A stretch of DNA of 64,000 bases from contig CBDAON010000004.1 of NCBI GenBank assembly GCA_965198065.1, forward strand, positions 608,001-672,000, read 5' to 3'. Within the stretch, counting starts at the first letter, position 1. Each line of letters starts with the position of its first letter. Source of the DNA: Longimicrobiales bacterium. GTDB taxonomy: Bacteria; Gemmatimonadota; Gemmatimonadetes; Longimicrobiales; Gaopeijiaceae. Under the pieces are notes generated by a model. It had not been told where the DNA came from, made no database searches, and saw nothing but the letters and a program-made list of their open reading frames with translations. A program made the translations under genes and the position numbers. Below, one piece after another: positions 49,384 through 59,522 of this stretch.

Positions 49384-49847
49384 AGCTCCCTCTCCAGCTT
49401 CACGGGAAAGCCGGGTAGCGCGGGAGGCGCGCCCGAGCGATGGATCTCCACGACCCGGAGGTGCGAGCCCGGCTCCGGCGGGAAGAGGTGAACGTCCCAG
49501 CGGTCCCGGGGGAGGTGGTCCCCCGCGCGCTCCGGCCACTCGACGAGGACGATCTCGGGCCTTGCGCCCAGCTCCTCCCAACTCAGTTCCCACAGCTCCT
49601 CGGAGTCCCGCAGCCGATAGAGGTCCATGTGGACGACCTCGGCCCCGTCCCGGGCGGGGTAGCGGAAGAGGAGATTGAAGGTGGGAGAGGGGATCGCGGC
49701 CTCCACCCCTGCCCCTCTAGCTATGGCGCGGGCCAGAACGGACTTCCCGGCCCCGAGCGATCCCCGAAGCCCGAGAAAGACGGGCATCGCCACCTCGGTC
49801 CCGATCCGGGCTCCCCACTGAACGAGCTCCCGCTCGGTCAGGATCAC
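49380..49847 (-). CDS. tsaE: t6A ATPase TsaE
   Basis: [26 protein letters not shown]. Confidence 0.96.
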   Translation of the reverse strand: MILTERELVQWGARIGTEVAMPVFLGLRGSLGAGKSVLARAIARGAGVEAAIPSPTFNLLFRYPARDGAEVVHMDLYRLRDSEELWELSWEELGARPEIVLVEWPERAGDHLPRDRWDVHLFPPEPGSHLRVVEIHRSGAPPALPGFPVKLEREL

Positions 49848-51988
49848 CGCCGCTCCCTCGACTGCGCGGTGTCTTCGGAGACCCGAGCGCTCTTCGCGTC
49901 AGCGTTCTCGGCCACCGACCGGGATGGGGCCGCGCCCCTCTCCCCCTGAGCCCCCAACTCGGAGGCTGCCGCTCGGAGGGACGTCGGCCCTTTCCGCTTC
50001 CCGGAAAGCCGATCGCGGAGCTCGAAGATCTCGTCCCTCAGGAGGGCCGCTCGCTCGAAGTCGAGCGCCTCGGCCGCCTCGCTCATTTCCCCCTCGAGCG
50101 CCTTCAAGAGCTCCTCCATGTTCGTCTCGTCCTGGTAGGACTGGAGCACCTCGGCCACCCGAGGCAGCGGAGCCGTTCTCGCATCTGCGACGCGGGTCGA
50201 GAACTCGATCTGCTCGACGCTCTTCACGATCGTCTCGGGGGTGATCCCGTGCTCCCGGTTGTACTCTGTCTGGAGGTCCCTCCGCCTCTGGGTCTCGTCT
50301 AGACAGCGCCGCATGGACTCGGTGATCCTGTCCGCGTACATGATCGCGCGTCCGTGAACGTTCCTCGCCGCCCGGCCGATCGTCTGGATGAGGGAGCGGG
50401 CATCCCTCAGGAAACCCTCCTTGTCCGCATCCAGGATCGCGACAAGCGAGACCTCGGGAAGGTCGAGTCCTTCACGCAGGAGGTTGATCCCCACGAGCAC
50501 GTCGAAGCGCCCGAGCCTCAGGCCCCGGAGGATCTCCATGCGTTCGATCGTGTCGATGTCCGAGTGCATGTATCGGACGCGGACACCCACGCCCTGGAGG
50601 TACTCCGACAGATCCTCGGCCATGCGCTTGGTGAGCGTCGTCACGAGAACCCGCTCGCCCCGCATCTCCCGCTCCCGGATCTCCGCGAGCAGGTCGTCCA
50701 CCTGTCCCTTCACAGGGCGCACGACGACCTCCGGATCCACGAGCCCCGTCGGCCGGATGATCTGTTCTACGATCACGCCACCGGACAGTTGGAGCTCTCG
50801 ATCGCCCGGAGTCGCCGACACGAAGACGGCCGCGGGGACCAGCTTCTCCCACTCCTCGTACGCGAGCGGCCGATTGTCGAGCGCGGAGGGAAGGCGGAAG
50901 CCGTGCTCGACCAGGGTCTCCTTCCGGGAACGGTCCCCGCGGCACATCCCCTGGAGCTGGGGAAGCGTCTGATGCGATTCGTCCACGATGACGAGGTAGT
51001 CGTCCGGGAAGTAGTCCAGGAGGCAGTACGGACGCTCTCCTGGCTCCCGCCCCGACGTGAACCGCGAGTAGTTCTCGATCCCGGGACAGGTTCCGACCTC
51101 GAGCATCATCTCGACGTCGAAGTTGGTCCGGGTCTCAAGCCGCTGCGCCTCGAGGAGCTTTCCCTCTCCCCGGAGGAAGGCCAGCCGCTCTTTCAGCTCC
51201 TCCCGAATGGGCGGGACGGCCTCCTCGATCGTACTTCGATGGGTCACGTAGTGGGAGGCCGGGTAGATCGCGGTCCGCTCGAGCGGAGTGACGAGATCAC
51301 CCGTGAGCGGGTCGAAGCGTCCGATGCGCTCGACCTCGTCGCCCCAGAACTCGATCCGGATCGCCTGCTCCTCGTAGGCGGGGAGGATCTCCACCGTGTC
51401 CCCCCGGACGCGGAACGTCCCCCGCTCCAGCACCAGGTCGTTCCGCCGGTACTGGACCTGGACGAGCCGGCGAAGGAGGGTGTTCCGCGCCATGGACTCA
51501 CCCACCCCCAGCTCGACCAGGAGGGAGCGGTACTCGATCGGGTTCCCGAGCCCGTAGATGCAGGAGACGGACGCGACGATCACCACGTCGTCCCGCTCGA
51601 AGAGGGAGGACGTGGCCCGGAGACGGAGCCGGTCGATGTCCTCGTTGATCGCCGAGTCCTTCTCGATGTACGTGTCGGTAGCCGGGACGTACGCTTCGGG
51701 CTGGTAGTAGTCGTAGTACGAGACGAAGTACTCGACGGCGTTCCTGGGAAGGAGCTGCTTGAGCTCGCCGTAGAGCTGGGCGGCGAGGGTCTTGTTGTGG
51801 GACATGACGAGGGCGGGCCGACCGTCGCTCTCGATGACGTGCGCCATCGTGAGCGTCTTCCCCGTCCCCGTGGCCCCAAGGAGGGTCTGGAACCGGTCGC
51901 CGCGGGCGAGCCCCTCCTCGAGCTCCCGGATCGCCTTCGGCTGGTCCCCCTTCGGCTCGAACGGAGACTCGATTCTAAACTCGGGCAT
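49844..51988 (-). CDS. uvrB: Excinuclease ABC subunit B
   Basis: [45 protein letters not shown] domain. Confidence 0.98.
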   Translation of the reverse strand: MPEFRIESPFEPKGDQPKAIRELEEGLARGDRFQTLLGATGTGKTLTMAHVIESDGRPALVMSHNKTLAAQLYGELKQLLPRNAVEYFVSYYDYYQPEAYVPATDTYIEKDSAINEDIDRLRLRATSSLFERDDVVIVASVSCIYGLGNPIEYRSLLVELGVGESMARNTLLRRLVQVQYRRNDLVLERGTFRVRGDTVEILPAYEEQAIRIEFWGDEVERIGRFDPLTGDLVTPLERTAIYPASHYVTHRSTIEEAVPPIREELKERLAFLRGEGKLLEAQRLETRTNFDVEMMLEVGTCPGIENYSRFTSGREPGERPYCLLDYFPDDYLVIVDESHQTLPQLQGMCRGDRSRKETLVEHGFRLPSALDNRPLAYEEWEKLVPAAVFVSATPGDRELQLSGGVIVEQIIRPTGLVDPEVVVRPVKGQVDDLLAEIREREMRGERVLVTTLTKRMAEDLSEYLQGVGVRVRYMHSDIDTIERMEILRGLRLGRFDVLVGINLLREGLDLPEVSLVAILDADKEGFLRDARSLIQTIGRAARNVHGRAIMYADRITESMRRCLDETQRRRDLQTEYNREHGITPETIVKSVEQIEFSTRVADARTAPLPRVAEVLQSYQDETNMEELLKALEGEMSEAAEALDFERAALLRDEIFELRDRLSGKRKGPTSLRAAASELGAQGERGAAPSRSVAENADAKSARVSEDTAQSRERR

Positions 51989-52002
51989 TCGCTGCGACCT
52001 GC

Positions 52003-54216
52003 CTATTCCAGATCCACGAGCTCCGACTCCCGGAAGGCCTCGCGGCGCTCGACCGACAGCACGCCCTTCACCTGCGAGATCCCCTTCATGACCTTCCTCA
52101 GGTGGTCCAGGTCGCGCACCTCGACGACGAACTCCCCGAGCATCCCGGCGTCCACCGCCCGGATGTCGGCGTGCTGGATGTTCGTCCCGGTGTCGGCGAT
52201 CGAGCGGGCGATGTCCGAGAGGAGCCCCAGCCGGTCGCTCCCCCGCGTATAGAGCTTCACGAGGAAGCGCTCGCCCTCCTCGGCCGTCCACTCGATCTCG
52301 ATCCGGCGATCCGGATCCCTCGACAGGTTCAGGACGTTCGGGCAGTCCCGCCGGTGGATAGATACGCCCCTCCCGATCGTGATGTATCCGATGACGCCGT
52401 CCCCGGGCACTGGCTGACAGCACTGGGAGTAGCGGATCATCAGGTTGTCGAGCCCCTGGATCCGGACACCCGGTTGGGACCGACGGAGCCTCTCCGCGAT
52501 CCGCCGGAGCGGCGACGGGCGGCCGGGCCGGGCCTCCTCGAAACGGTCAGGGAAGAGGATCTTTATGACGGCCGAGGGCCCGAGGTCGCCCCGGCCGAGC
52601 GCCTCGTACACGGCCTCCCAACTCGTCAGCTCGAGCGCCCGCGCGGCGTCCGCGAGGGCCCCCTCGTCCGGTAGCGCGAGCCTTCGCTTCCTCAGCTCCC
52701 GTTCCAGGAACTCCTTCCCCAGCTTCACGGACTGCTGCTGCTCTTCCTGGCGAATCCAGTAGCGGATCCGCTGCCGCGCCCGCGACGTCTTCACGAAGGC
52801 GAGCCAGTCCCGGGATGGGGTCTGCTTGGGAGACGTGAGGATCTCGACCGTGTCCCCGTTCTTGAGCTCGCGCGAAAGGGGCGCGATCCGGCCGTTCACC
52901 TTGGCCCCGGCGCAGTGGAGCCCGATCTCCGTGTGGACGGCGTAGGCGAAGTCGATCGGAGTCGACCCGACGGGCAGCTGCTTGACCTCCCCCTTGGGCG
53001 TGAAGACGAAGACCTCCCCCAGGAAGAGGTCCATCCGAAGGAACTCCATGAACTCCTCTGGCTCGGAGGCCTCCTGATGCCACTCGAGGACCTGACGGAA
53101 CCAGGACAGAGCTTCGTCCACCTCGTCTTCCTTCGAGTCCCCCTCTTTGTAACGCCAGTGTGCGGCGATTCCGTATTCCGCAGTGCGGTGCATCTCTTGG
53201 GTGCGGATCTGGATCTCGTAGCGCCGTCCCCCCGGACCGAAGACGGTCGTGTGGATCGACCGGTACATGTTCGACTTCGGAGTCGCCACGTAATCGTGAA
53301 AGCGCTCCTGAATCGGAGTCCAGTTCGAGTGGATGAGCCCAAGCGCGGCGTAGCAGTTCTGGACCGTGTCGGTGGTCACGCGGATCGCCATCAGGTCGTA
53401 GATCTCCTCGAACGGCTTCCCGCGCTGCTGGATCTTCCGGTTGATGGACCACAGGTGCTTCGGTCGCCCGGTGACCTCCACCGGGATCCCCGCATCTTTG
53501 AGAAGCTCCTCCAGGGGCCGCTGAAAGTCGAGCACCTGACGCTCCCGCTCCGTCCTGCGCCCGTGGACGAGCTTTCGGAGCTCCTCGTACTCCTCGGGCT
53601 CGAGGAACTTGAACGCGAGATCCTCGAGCTCCCACTTCACCTGGGCCATTCCGAGGCGGTGCGCGAGCGGCGCATAGATCTCTCGGGTCTCGCGCGCCAC
53701 GCGCTGCCGCTTGTCCCGCGGGAGGTGCTCGAGGGTCCGCATGTTGTGGAGGCGGTCCGCGAGCTTGATCAGGATCACGCGCGCGTCCTCCGCCATGGAG
53801 AGGAGGAGCTTCCGATAGTTCTCCGCCTGGTGCTCCGACTGGGATCGGAAGCGGACCTTCCCGATCTTCGTCACCCCGTCCACGACCGAGGCGACCTCGT
53901 GGCCGAAGCGCGCCTCGACGTCGGCCAGCGAGTACTGCGTGTCCTCGACCACGTCGTGGATCAGGCCCGCGACGATCGAGGCCGTGTCGAGCCTGAACTG
54001 GGCGAGGATCGTCGCCACCTCGACGGCGTGGCTCACGAACGTCTCGCCCGACGCGCGCCGCTGCCCACGGTGCGCTTCCTCGGCCATCTCGTACGCCTCC
54101 CGGATCTTCGGCACGTCCAGCCGCCGGGCGTACCCCTCCACCGCACGCGCGAACTCGTGCGGGAGGCCGGCGATTGTCTCGGCTCCCGTTGAGGTTGCTT
54201 CGGCGGGAAGGGTCAT
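52003..54216 (-). CDS. rel: Bifunctional (p)ppGpp synthetase/hydrolase (long RSH)
   Basis: HD hydrolase HDVVED, synthetase GRPKH / [30 protein letters not shown] zinc finger, ACT domain. Confidence 0.97.
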   Translation of the reverse strand: MTLPAEATSTGAETIAGLPHEFARAVEGYARRLDVPKIREAYEMAEEAHRGQRRASGETFVSHAVEVATILAQFRLDTASIVAGLIHDVVEDTQYSLADVEARFGHEVASVVDGVTKIGKVRFRSQSEHQAENYRKLLLSMAEDARVILIKLADRLHNMRTLEHLPRDKRQRVARETREIYAPLAHRLGMAQVKWELEDLAFKFLEPEEYEELRKLVHGRRTERERQVLDFQRPLEELLKDAGIPVEVTGRPKHLWSINRKIQQRGKPFEEIYDLMAIRVTTDTVQNCYAALGLIHSNWTPIQERFHDYVATPKSNMYRSIHTTVFGPGGRRYEIQIRTQEMHRTAEYGIAAHWRYKEGDSKEDEVDEALSWFRQVLEWHQEASEPEEFMEFLRMDLFLGEVFVFTPKGEVKQLPVGSTPIDFAYAVHTEIGLHCAGAKVNGRIAPLSRELKNGDTVEILTSPKQTPSRDWLAFVKTSRARQRIRYWIRQEEQQQSVKLGKEFLERELRKRRLALPDEGALADAARALELTSWEAVYEALGRGDLGPSAVIKILFPDRFEEARPGRPSPLRRIAERLRRSQPGVRIQGLDNLMIRYSQCCQPVPGDGVIGYITIGRGVSIHRRDCPNVLNLSRDPDRRIEIEWTAEEGERFLVKLYTRGSDRLGLLSDIARSIADTGTNIQHADIRAVDAGMLGEFVVEVRDLDHLRKVMKGISQVKGVLSVERREAFRESELVDLE

Positions 54217-54307
54217 AATTCCAAAATAGCGAGGGAAGCTCCTCGCAAGTACGGCGGCCCACGCTCTGCGTGCCGCGGCCGCGGCCACGAGGCCGCCAAG
54301 AGCTTCC

Positions 54308-54985
54308 CTACTCCTCCACTTGCACCGAGAGCCAGGTCCCGTCCGCGACGATCAAGTGGTCCAGTACCCGGATCCCGATCGCCCTCCCGGCCTCGACCAT
54401 CTGGCGGCTCACACGTTGATCCTCGGAGGAGGGGGACGGGTCACCGGACGGATGGTTGTGGACCAGGATCACCGCGGCCGCGTTCTCGGTGATGGCCGGA
54501 CGAAACACCTCCCTCGGATGGATCAGCGAAGCGTCCAGGATCCCTCGGGTGACAGTGACGTCTCGGAGCACCCGGTGCTGCGTGTTCATGAGGAGGGCGT
54601 GGAACTCCTCGTACGGGAGGTCCCGGAGCCTCGGGGCCAGGAGCGCGAAGACGTCCGCGGGGCCCCGGATGCGAGGCCGGTCGGGGAGCCCCTCCACCGC
54701 GGCCCGGCGTCCCAGCTCGAAGGCCGCGAGCAGACGCGCTGCGTTCGCGCCGCCGACCCCCGGGACGCGCTCGAGCTCGGCAGGCGATCGAGAGAGGAGG
54801 GGACGGAGCCGCCCATCCGCAGATCGGAGGACGCGGTCCGCGACGCTGAGCGCCGACCCAGTCGGACCACCCGCGCCGAGCAGGAGGGAGACGAGCTCGC
54901 GGAGGGCCAGCGCCTGGGGTCCCAGGGCGCGGAGCCGCTCCCTCGGCCGCTGGTCCGCCGGGAGATCGCTCAGGACACTCCGCAC
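54308..54985 (-). CDS. radC: RadC family JAB-domain protein
   Basis: RPRERL, HhH PGVGGA, HPREVFRPA, HNHPSGDPSPSSED, LDHLI. Start uncertain. Confidence 0.94.
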   Translation of the reverse strand: MRSVLSDLPADQRPRERLRALGPQALALRELVSLLLGAGGPTGSALSVADRVLRSADGRLRPLLSRSPAELERVPGVGGANAARLLAAFELGRRAAVEGLPDRPRIRGPADVFALLAPRLRDLPYEEFHALLMNTQHRVLRDVTVTRGILDASLIHPREVFRPAITENAAAVILVHNHPSGDPSPSSEDQRVSRQMVEAGRAIGIRVLDHLIVADGTWLSVQVEE

Positions 54986-55184
54986 GCGTACCGGGGCTCG
55001 GGCTCGGGGCCCAGGCACCAAGAGCGCGGGCCACCGTGCTCGTGTTGAGCATCCTCGAGGGGCATCACGCGAAGATGGGCCCCGGCTGTCAGCGGCCGAT
55101 CAGTGAGGGCGCGTCACGGCCCCTCACGCGACGGGCTCCGCGTTTCCCTTGGGCGCGATGGCCCGAGACGACGCGCGAGGCCCC

Positions 55185-55751
55185 CTAGGGGTGGCCGAGG
55201 GAGATCGGCAGCAGGGTCGTCCCCCAGTGCAGCGCAAGGACGGCCGACTCGGGCGTCGTGACCGGGAAGTAGAACGCCAGCGTCTCCATGTGGCTGGCTT
55301 CCCGGGGGACGATGTCGATCGTCAGGGCTTCCTGTCCAGCGGGATAGGGTCGATGCTCCACGTCCCAGGCCCGGCTGAACATCACGGTCCACGCGCCGGT
55401 CTCCTGAGGGATGGTCCAGATGCTGTACCGTCCGGCCGCGAGCGTCCGGCCCTCTACCACGATGTCCCTGTCCACCTCGATCCGCGTGGCCTCGTCCGCG
55501 CCCGGGTTCCAAATCGAATCCCATGGCACCAGGGCGCCGAACAGCTCCCGGCCCCGAGCCACGGGTCGATTGTAGACGATCGTGATCTCCGTCGGGCCCA
55601 TCCTCTGCGTGACGCGCGCGGGCTGGCTCACCCGGAAGTCGTCATAGGGGGTCTGGGGCACAATCGGTGGGTCTTGCGCCGAGGCCCGCCCGAAGGAACC
55701 GAGCGTTCCGACAATCGCGAGGCTTAGGATGAAGCGGGGAATGGCTGGCAT
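55185..55751 (-). CDS. Secreted DUF2911-like protein
   Basis: Signal peptide, SQPARVTQ, YNRP..RGRELFGALVPWDSIWNPGADEAT, GRYSIWTIP. Confidence 0.85.
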   Translation of the reverse strand: MPAIPRFILSLAIVGTLGSFGRASAQDPPIVPQTPYDDFRVSQPARVTQRMGPTEITIVYNRPVARGRELFGALVPWDSIWNPGADEATRIEVDRDIVVEGRTLAAGRYSIWTIPQETGAWTVMFSRAWDVEHRPYPAGQEALTIDIVPREASHMETLAFYFPVTTPESAVLALHWGTTLLPISLGHP

Positions 55752-55755
55752 CGTC

Positions 55756-57120
55756 TCAACCCACCGACGCAGGTTCCCTCGCCCAGTCGGGCGGCTCGTC
55801 GAAGGCGCTTCGGGCCGGCCTCTCCTCGAAGAAGAATCGCTCCTCCCCGAACGCGGGCTCGAGCTGGTCGAGCCACGTGGCGTGCTCGTCGAAGCGCGCG
55901 AAGAACGGCTTCCGCACCCAGGCGGGGTCCCGGGCCTGGAGGAAGTCCAGCACGAAGACTTCCTCGCCCGCCACCTCGCTCGTACCAAGGATCCTGACCT
56001 TGCCGGGCCATGCCGACATCGACGGCCCCCGCACCGTGCGTGCCAGCCCGCTCACCCGGCGGTAGGCCTGGCGAAAGATCTGGTGGGCGCGGGCCAGGGA
56101 AACCTCGAAGTAGCTCTTGGGACCGGTGTCACGCTCCACGAACATGTAGTAGGGCACCATGCCCATCCGCACGCCCAGTCGCCACATCTCGGCCCATGTG
56201 CCGGGGTGGTCGTTCACGTGCCGGACCAGCGGCGCCTGCATGCGCAGCTCCGCGCCGGCCGCCCTCAGCCGGCGTACCGCTTCCTGCACCAGGGGCGTGT
56301 GTAGCTCCGTGGGGTGAGTGGAGTGCACCATCACGGCGACGTGCCGACCCGAATCCACCACCTCCTCCACAAGGCGGAGGAGATCGTCCGCGTCGTCGTC
56401 CGTCGTGAAACGCTGCGGCCAGTACGCGAGGGCCTTGGTGCCCAGGCGAATCGTCTGCAGGCCCTCGAGTCCGGGATCGAGCAGAGGCTCGACGTAACGC
56501 CGCAGGACGGCGGTCTTCATGATCAGCGGGTCTCCGCCCGTGAAGAGCACATCGCTCACGAGCGGGTGCGCCCTCAGGTACGCTACCAGCTGCTCGCTGT
56601 CGCGAGCCTGGAACTTCAACTCAGGATCACCCACGAACTGCGCCCACCGGAAGCAGTACGTGCAGTACGCATGACAGGTCTGGCCCTGGGCCGGGAAGAA
56701 GAGCACGGTCTCCCGGTACTTGTGCTGGAGGCCCGGAATCCTCTCCCCGTCGAGCTCCGGAACGTTGTCCGACATCTGCCCCGCCGGATGCGGGTTCAGA
56801 CGCCGGCGAATGCGGCCCGCCATCGCTCGGATCTCGGCCTCCGGCCGGCCGCTCAGCACCAAGCCGCGGATGGCCGCGTAGTCCCACTCGTCGAGCATGT
56901 CGCGCTGCGGAAACGTGAGCCGATAGATCGGGTCGTCCGGGACGCGACGCCAGTCGATCAACTCGCGCAGAATGTATTCGTTCGTGCGGAAGGGCAGGAC
57001 GCGAGACACCACTTGGACGGCTTCACGCAGGTCCTCTGGAAGAAGCTGCCAGACGGGATCGCGTACAATGTTGGAGCGGTTGATCGCACGGTAGCGATCA
57101 GAGCTTTCGAGTTTGTCCAT
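55756..57120 (-). CDS. KamA-family radical SAM protein (lysine 2,3-aminomutase-like, substrate uncertain)
   Basis: DDPIYR, GLQHKYRETVL, CHAYCTYCFRW, FTGGDPL, IRLGTK, PYYMF, SAWPGK. Confidence 0.9.
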   Translation of the reverse strand: MDKLESSDRYRAINRSNIVRDPVWQLLPEDLREAVQVVSRVLPFRTNEYILRELIDWRRVPDDPIYRLTFPQRDMLDEWDYAAIRGLVLSGRPEAEIRAMAGRIRRRLNPHPAGQMSDNVPELDGERIPGLQHKYRETVLFFPAQGQTCHAYCTYCFRWAQFVGDPELKFQARDSEQLVAYLRAHPLVSDVLFTGGDPLIMKTAVLRRYVEPLLDPGLEGLQTIRLGTKALAYWPQRFTTDDDADDLLRLVEEVVDSGRHVAVMVHSTHPTELHTPLVQEAVRRLRAAGAELRMQAPLVRHVNDHPGTWAEMWRLGVRMGMVPYYMFVERDTGPKSYFEVSLARAHQIFRQAYRRVSGLARTVRGPSMSAWPGKVRILGTSEVAGEEVFVLDFLQARDPAWVRKPFFARFDEHATWLDQLEPAFGEERFFFEERPARSAFDEPPDWAREPASVG

Positions 57121-57153
57121 TCGGTCTGCCTTGCAAGAATGAGGCCCTTCTTG

Positions 57154-57182
57154 ACGCTAACGGCTGCGGGGCGGTTCCTCAA
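57154..57182 (-). promoter_or_regulatory. Possible promoter for the KamA-like/DUF2911 pair
   Basis: Minus strand TTGAGG-N17-TAGCGT. Confidence 0.35.
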
Positions 57183-57242
57183 CCCGACTGGGACGCCTGG
57201 CGGACGGGCCGCCCCAGCCCGCGGAGAGGCGTGGCTTGCCCT

Positions 57243-58133
57243 CTAGCGAAGATGCTCGTTGAAGAAGTCTATGGTCCGTCTCTGTGCAAGCATCGCGGCC
57301 TCTTCGTCGTACCGCGGAGTCGTGTCGTTGTGGAAGCCGTGGTTCACCCCCGGATACATATGCATCGTGTACGTCTCGCCGCTCGAGCGTAAAGCTGCCT
57401 CGAACGCGGGCCATCCTTCGTTGATGCGATCGTCCAGCCCGGCGTATTGAATCAGGAGCGGTGCCTGGATTCGCGGGACGTCTTCAGCCGGTGGTTGGCC
57501 GCCGTAGAAGGGCACGGCCGCTCCCAGGTTCGGAAGACGCACCGCCAGCGTGTTCACCATCCCCCCGCCGAAGCAGAATCCCACCGCACCTACGCGGCCG
57601 GTGCTCGCCGGATGCTCCATCAGGAACTCCGCGGCAGCCACGAAGTCCTCGACCATCGTGGCACGCTCGAGTTGGCCCTGCATGGTACGACCGTCGTCGT
57701 CGTTTCCGGGATAGCCGCCCAGAGGGGTGAGCGCGTCCGGCCCGAAGGCCAGAAAGTCGGCGGCCGCGAAGCGGCGGACCACATCCTCGATGTACGGATT
57801 GAGCCCCCGGTTCTCGTGAATCACGAGCACGGCCGGCTTCGGCTCGGTAGCTGCAGGCCGAGACATGTATCCTCTCATCCTGCCAGAGCCGTTCGGCGAA
57901 TCGTACTCGACGTACTCCGCCTGGATGCGGGCGTCATCGGGCGAGACCTGACGCGCCCAGGCGTAGCGGGGTCGGAGCGCCTCGAGCATGCCGCCCGCGG
58001 TGAGCCCCCCAACCGCGAACTTCGCAGCGCCGTTGAGAAACGCGCGTCGATCGATGATCCCGTGCACGTACTTGTCGAAAAGCTTCAGGACCTCGGGCGG
58101 GAAGTCGCTCGCCTTCATTCGCTCCCGGGACAT
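57243..58133 (-). CDS. Dienelactone hydrolase family (YghX-like) with twin-arginine motif
   Basis: [45 protein letters not shown]. Confidence 0.93.
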   Translation of the reverse strand: MSRERMKASDFPPEVLKLFDKYVHGIIDRRAFLNGAAKFAVGGLTAGGMLEALRPRYAWARQVSPDDARIQAEYVEYDSPNGSGRMRGYMSRPAATEPKPAVLVIHENRGLNPYIEDVVRRFAAADFLAFGPDALTPLGGYPGNDDDGRTMQGQLERATMVEDFVAAAEFLMEHPASTGRVGAVGFCFGGGMVNTLAVRLPNLGAAVPFYGGQPPAEDVPRIQAPLLIQYAGLDDRINEGWPAFEAALRSSGETYTMHMYPGVNHGFHNDTTPRYDEEAAMLAQRRTIDFFNEHLR

Positions 58134-58242
58134 GGGGCGGCTCCGGATGAGATGAGAGGGCAAGGGTCGGCGCGGACGCAGGACCCTCGGGCCTGGGAAC
58201 GTACCCCGGGTCCGCCGTGCCCAGCAACCCGGGAGACAGAGC

Positions 58243-59115
58243 TCACTCCTCCGCTAGCGCCCCCGCGACGGTAAGGTGATAGACCGTCTGTTGCCGCTCG
58301 TAGATCACGAGCGCCAGCCCCTCCGACTGGGCCTCCCGGAGCACCTGGCTAAATATGGCTCCCAGCTCGCGTGACTTCCTGGCCGAGACCGACTCCAGCG
58401 CGAGGTCTACGATCCGCTCGACGTGCGGCTCGAGCTCTGCCGGCACGCGGGCGAGGATCTCCGGCGGTCGCTCGGCGGGTGGCGCGAAGGCCGCGTAGGA
58501 GAGGTCCACCGTGGTGCCGAACTCGTGCGAGCTCACGCCGGCCGCCGCGTTCGGGTTCGAGCCCCGCAGCCGCTCCTGACCTTCCGACGTGCGCAGAGCG
58601 CTCGTTACCTCGATGCGGTAGGGCGGGAGGCCCATCCCCGCGAGCCGCTCCTGGAACCGCCGCCCGAGCTCCTCGAGCAGGACGTCCACATGGGGCACGA
58701 CGTACGCGGGGGAGGTGCCGGGGCGGACGATCCAGTGAGCGGTACTGTCCACGAGCTGCACCAGGCGTCCCACCGCGAGAAGAGAGTCCCTAGCGGCACG
58801 GTCGGCTACCCGCACGCCCAGCGCGCGGGCACGGGCCACGTGCGCCGCGTTCAGGAGTCGGCGGAGCGCGTCCTCCTCGGCCGGCGTCATAACGGGGAGG
58901 GGCGAGAGGATGTCGTTGGCCGTGCCCGCCGCTCGGTCCGCAAGCCCGACCGCCTGCGACAGGGCTCGTTCGATCTCCATCACGGTCGCCGCGCGCGCAG
59001 CCTCCACGGCCGCCTCCCGCTCCCGTTCCGCTCGACCGCACGAGGTGAGGAGCAGGACCAGAAGCGCCACCCCTCCGACCCTACATCGAAGCACAACCGC
59101 TCCGCCGGCTCTCAA
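58243..59115 (-). CDS. DUF5715-like lipoprotein, putative M15/LAS-type zinc peptidase
   Basis: Lipobox [35 protein letters not shown]. Confidence 0.7.
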   Translation of the reverse strand: MRAGGAVVLRCRVGGVALLVLLLTSCGRAEREREAAVEAARAATVMEIERALSQAVGLADRAAGTANDILSPLPVMTPAEEDALRRLLNAAHVARARALGVRVADRAARDSLLAVGRLVQLVDSTAHWIVRPGTSPAYVVPHVDVLLEELGRRFQERLAGMGLPPYRIEVTSALRTSEGQERLRGSNPNAAAGVSSHEFGTTVDLSYAAFAPPAERPPEILARVPAELEPHVERIVDLALESVSARKSRELGAIFSQVLREAQSEGLALVIYERQQTVYHLTVAGALAEE

Positions 59116-59422
59116 TGGAAGCCTCCTCCCCCACGGGTCTCTTCGTCCTCAGGCCGTCCAGAGATTCGACGCTAGGCACGTGCGAGGCGGCAGGCAAGCT
59201 AGCTGGGCGTCGGTGGCGGCCGAGGACGTGTCTCGGCCTCGCTGCCCCGTCGGCCCCCCGGCAATACTCTATCAGGTCGCTGGGGCTTCACACCCCGCGG
59301 GGCAGGGCTCTCGCGGCCTACTAAGACCTCGAACCGCCGCCGCTGCGGGTACGCCCGGACCGCCGCGCCGATCGCCAGGCCTTTGCCGATGTTCGAGCAG
59401 CGTAGGGTCGCTGGTGTACCTT

Positions 59423-59458
59423 TCTCCCACATGACTCTCGTCCCCCACATGAGTCTCG
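59423..59458. repeat. Imperfect 2 x 18-bp tandem repeat upstream of ppc
   Basis: TCTCCCACATGACTCTCG / TCCCCCACATGAGTCTCG (16/18 identical). Confidence 0.8.
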
Positions 59459-59522
59459 GTTAGGTGGCCGCCCGGCTCCTGGTGGTCTCGCGGAGCGGTT
59501 TCGGCAGGACGAGCTCCCTGCC

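Noticed and set aside
54308..54985. radC as a marker of a mobile or anti-defence island
   Set aside because: Full-length chromosomal-type RadC next to rel; no integrase, transposase or att site seen.
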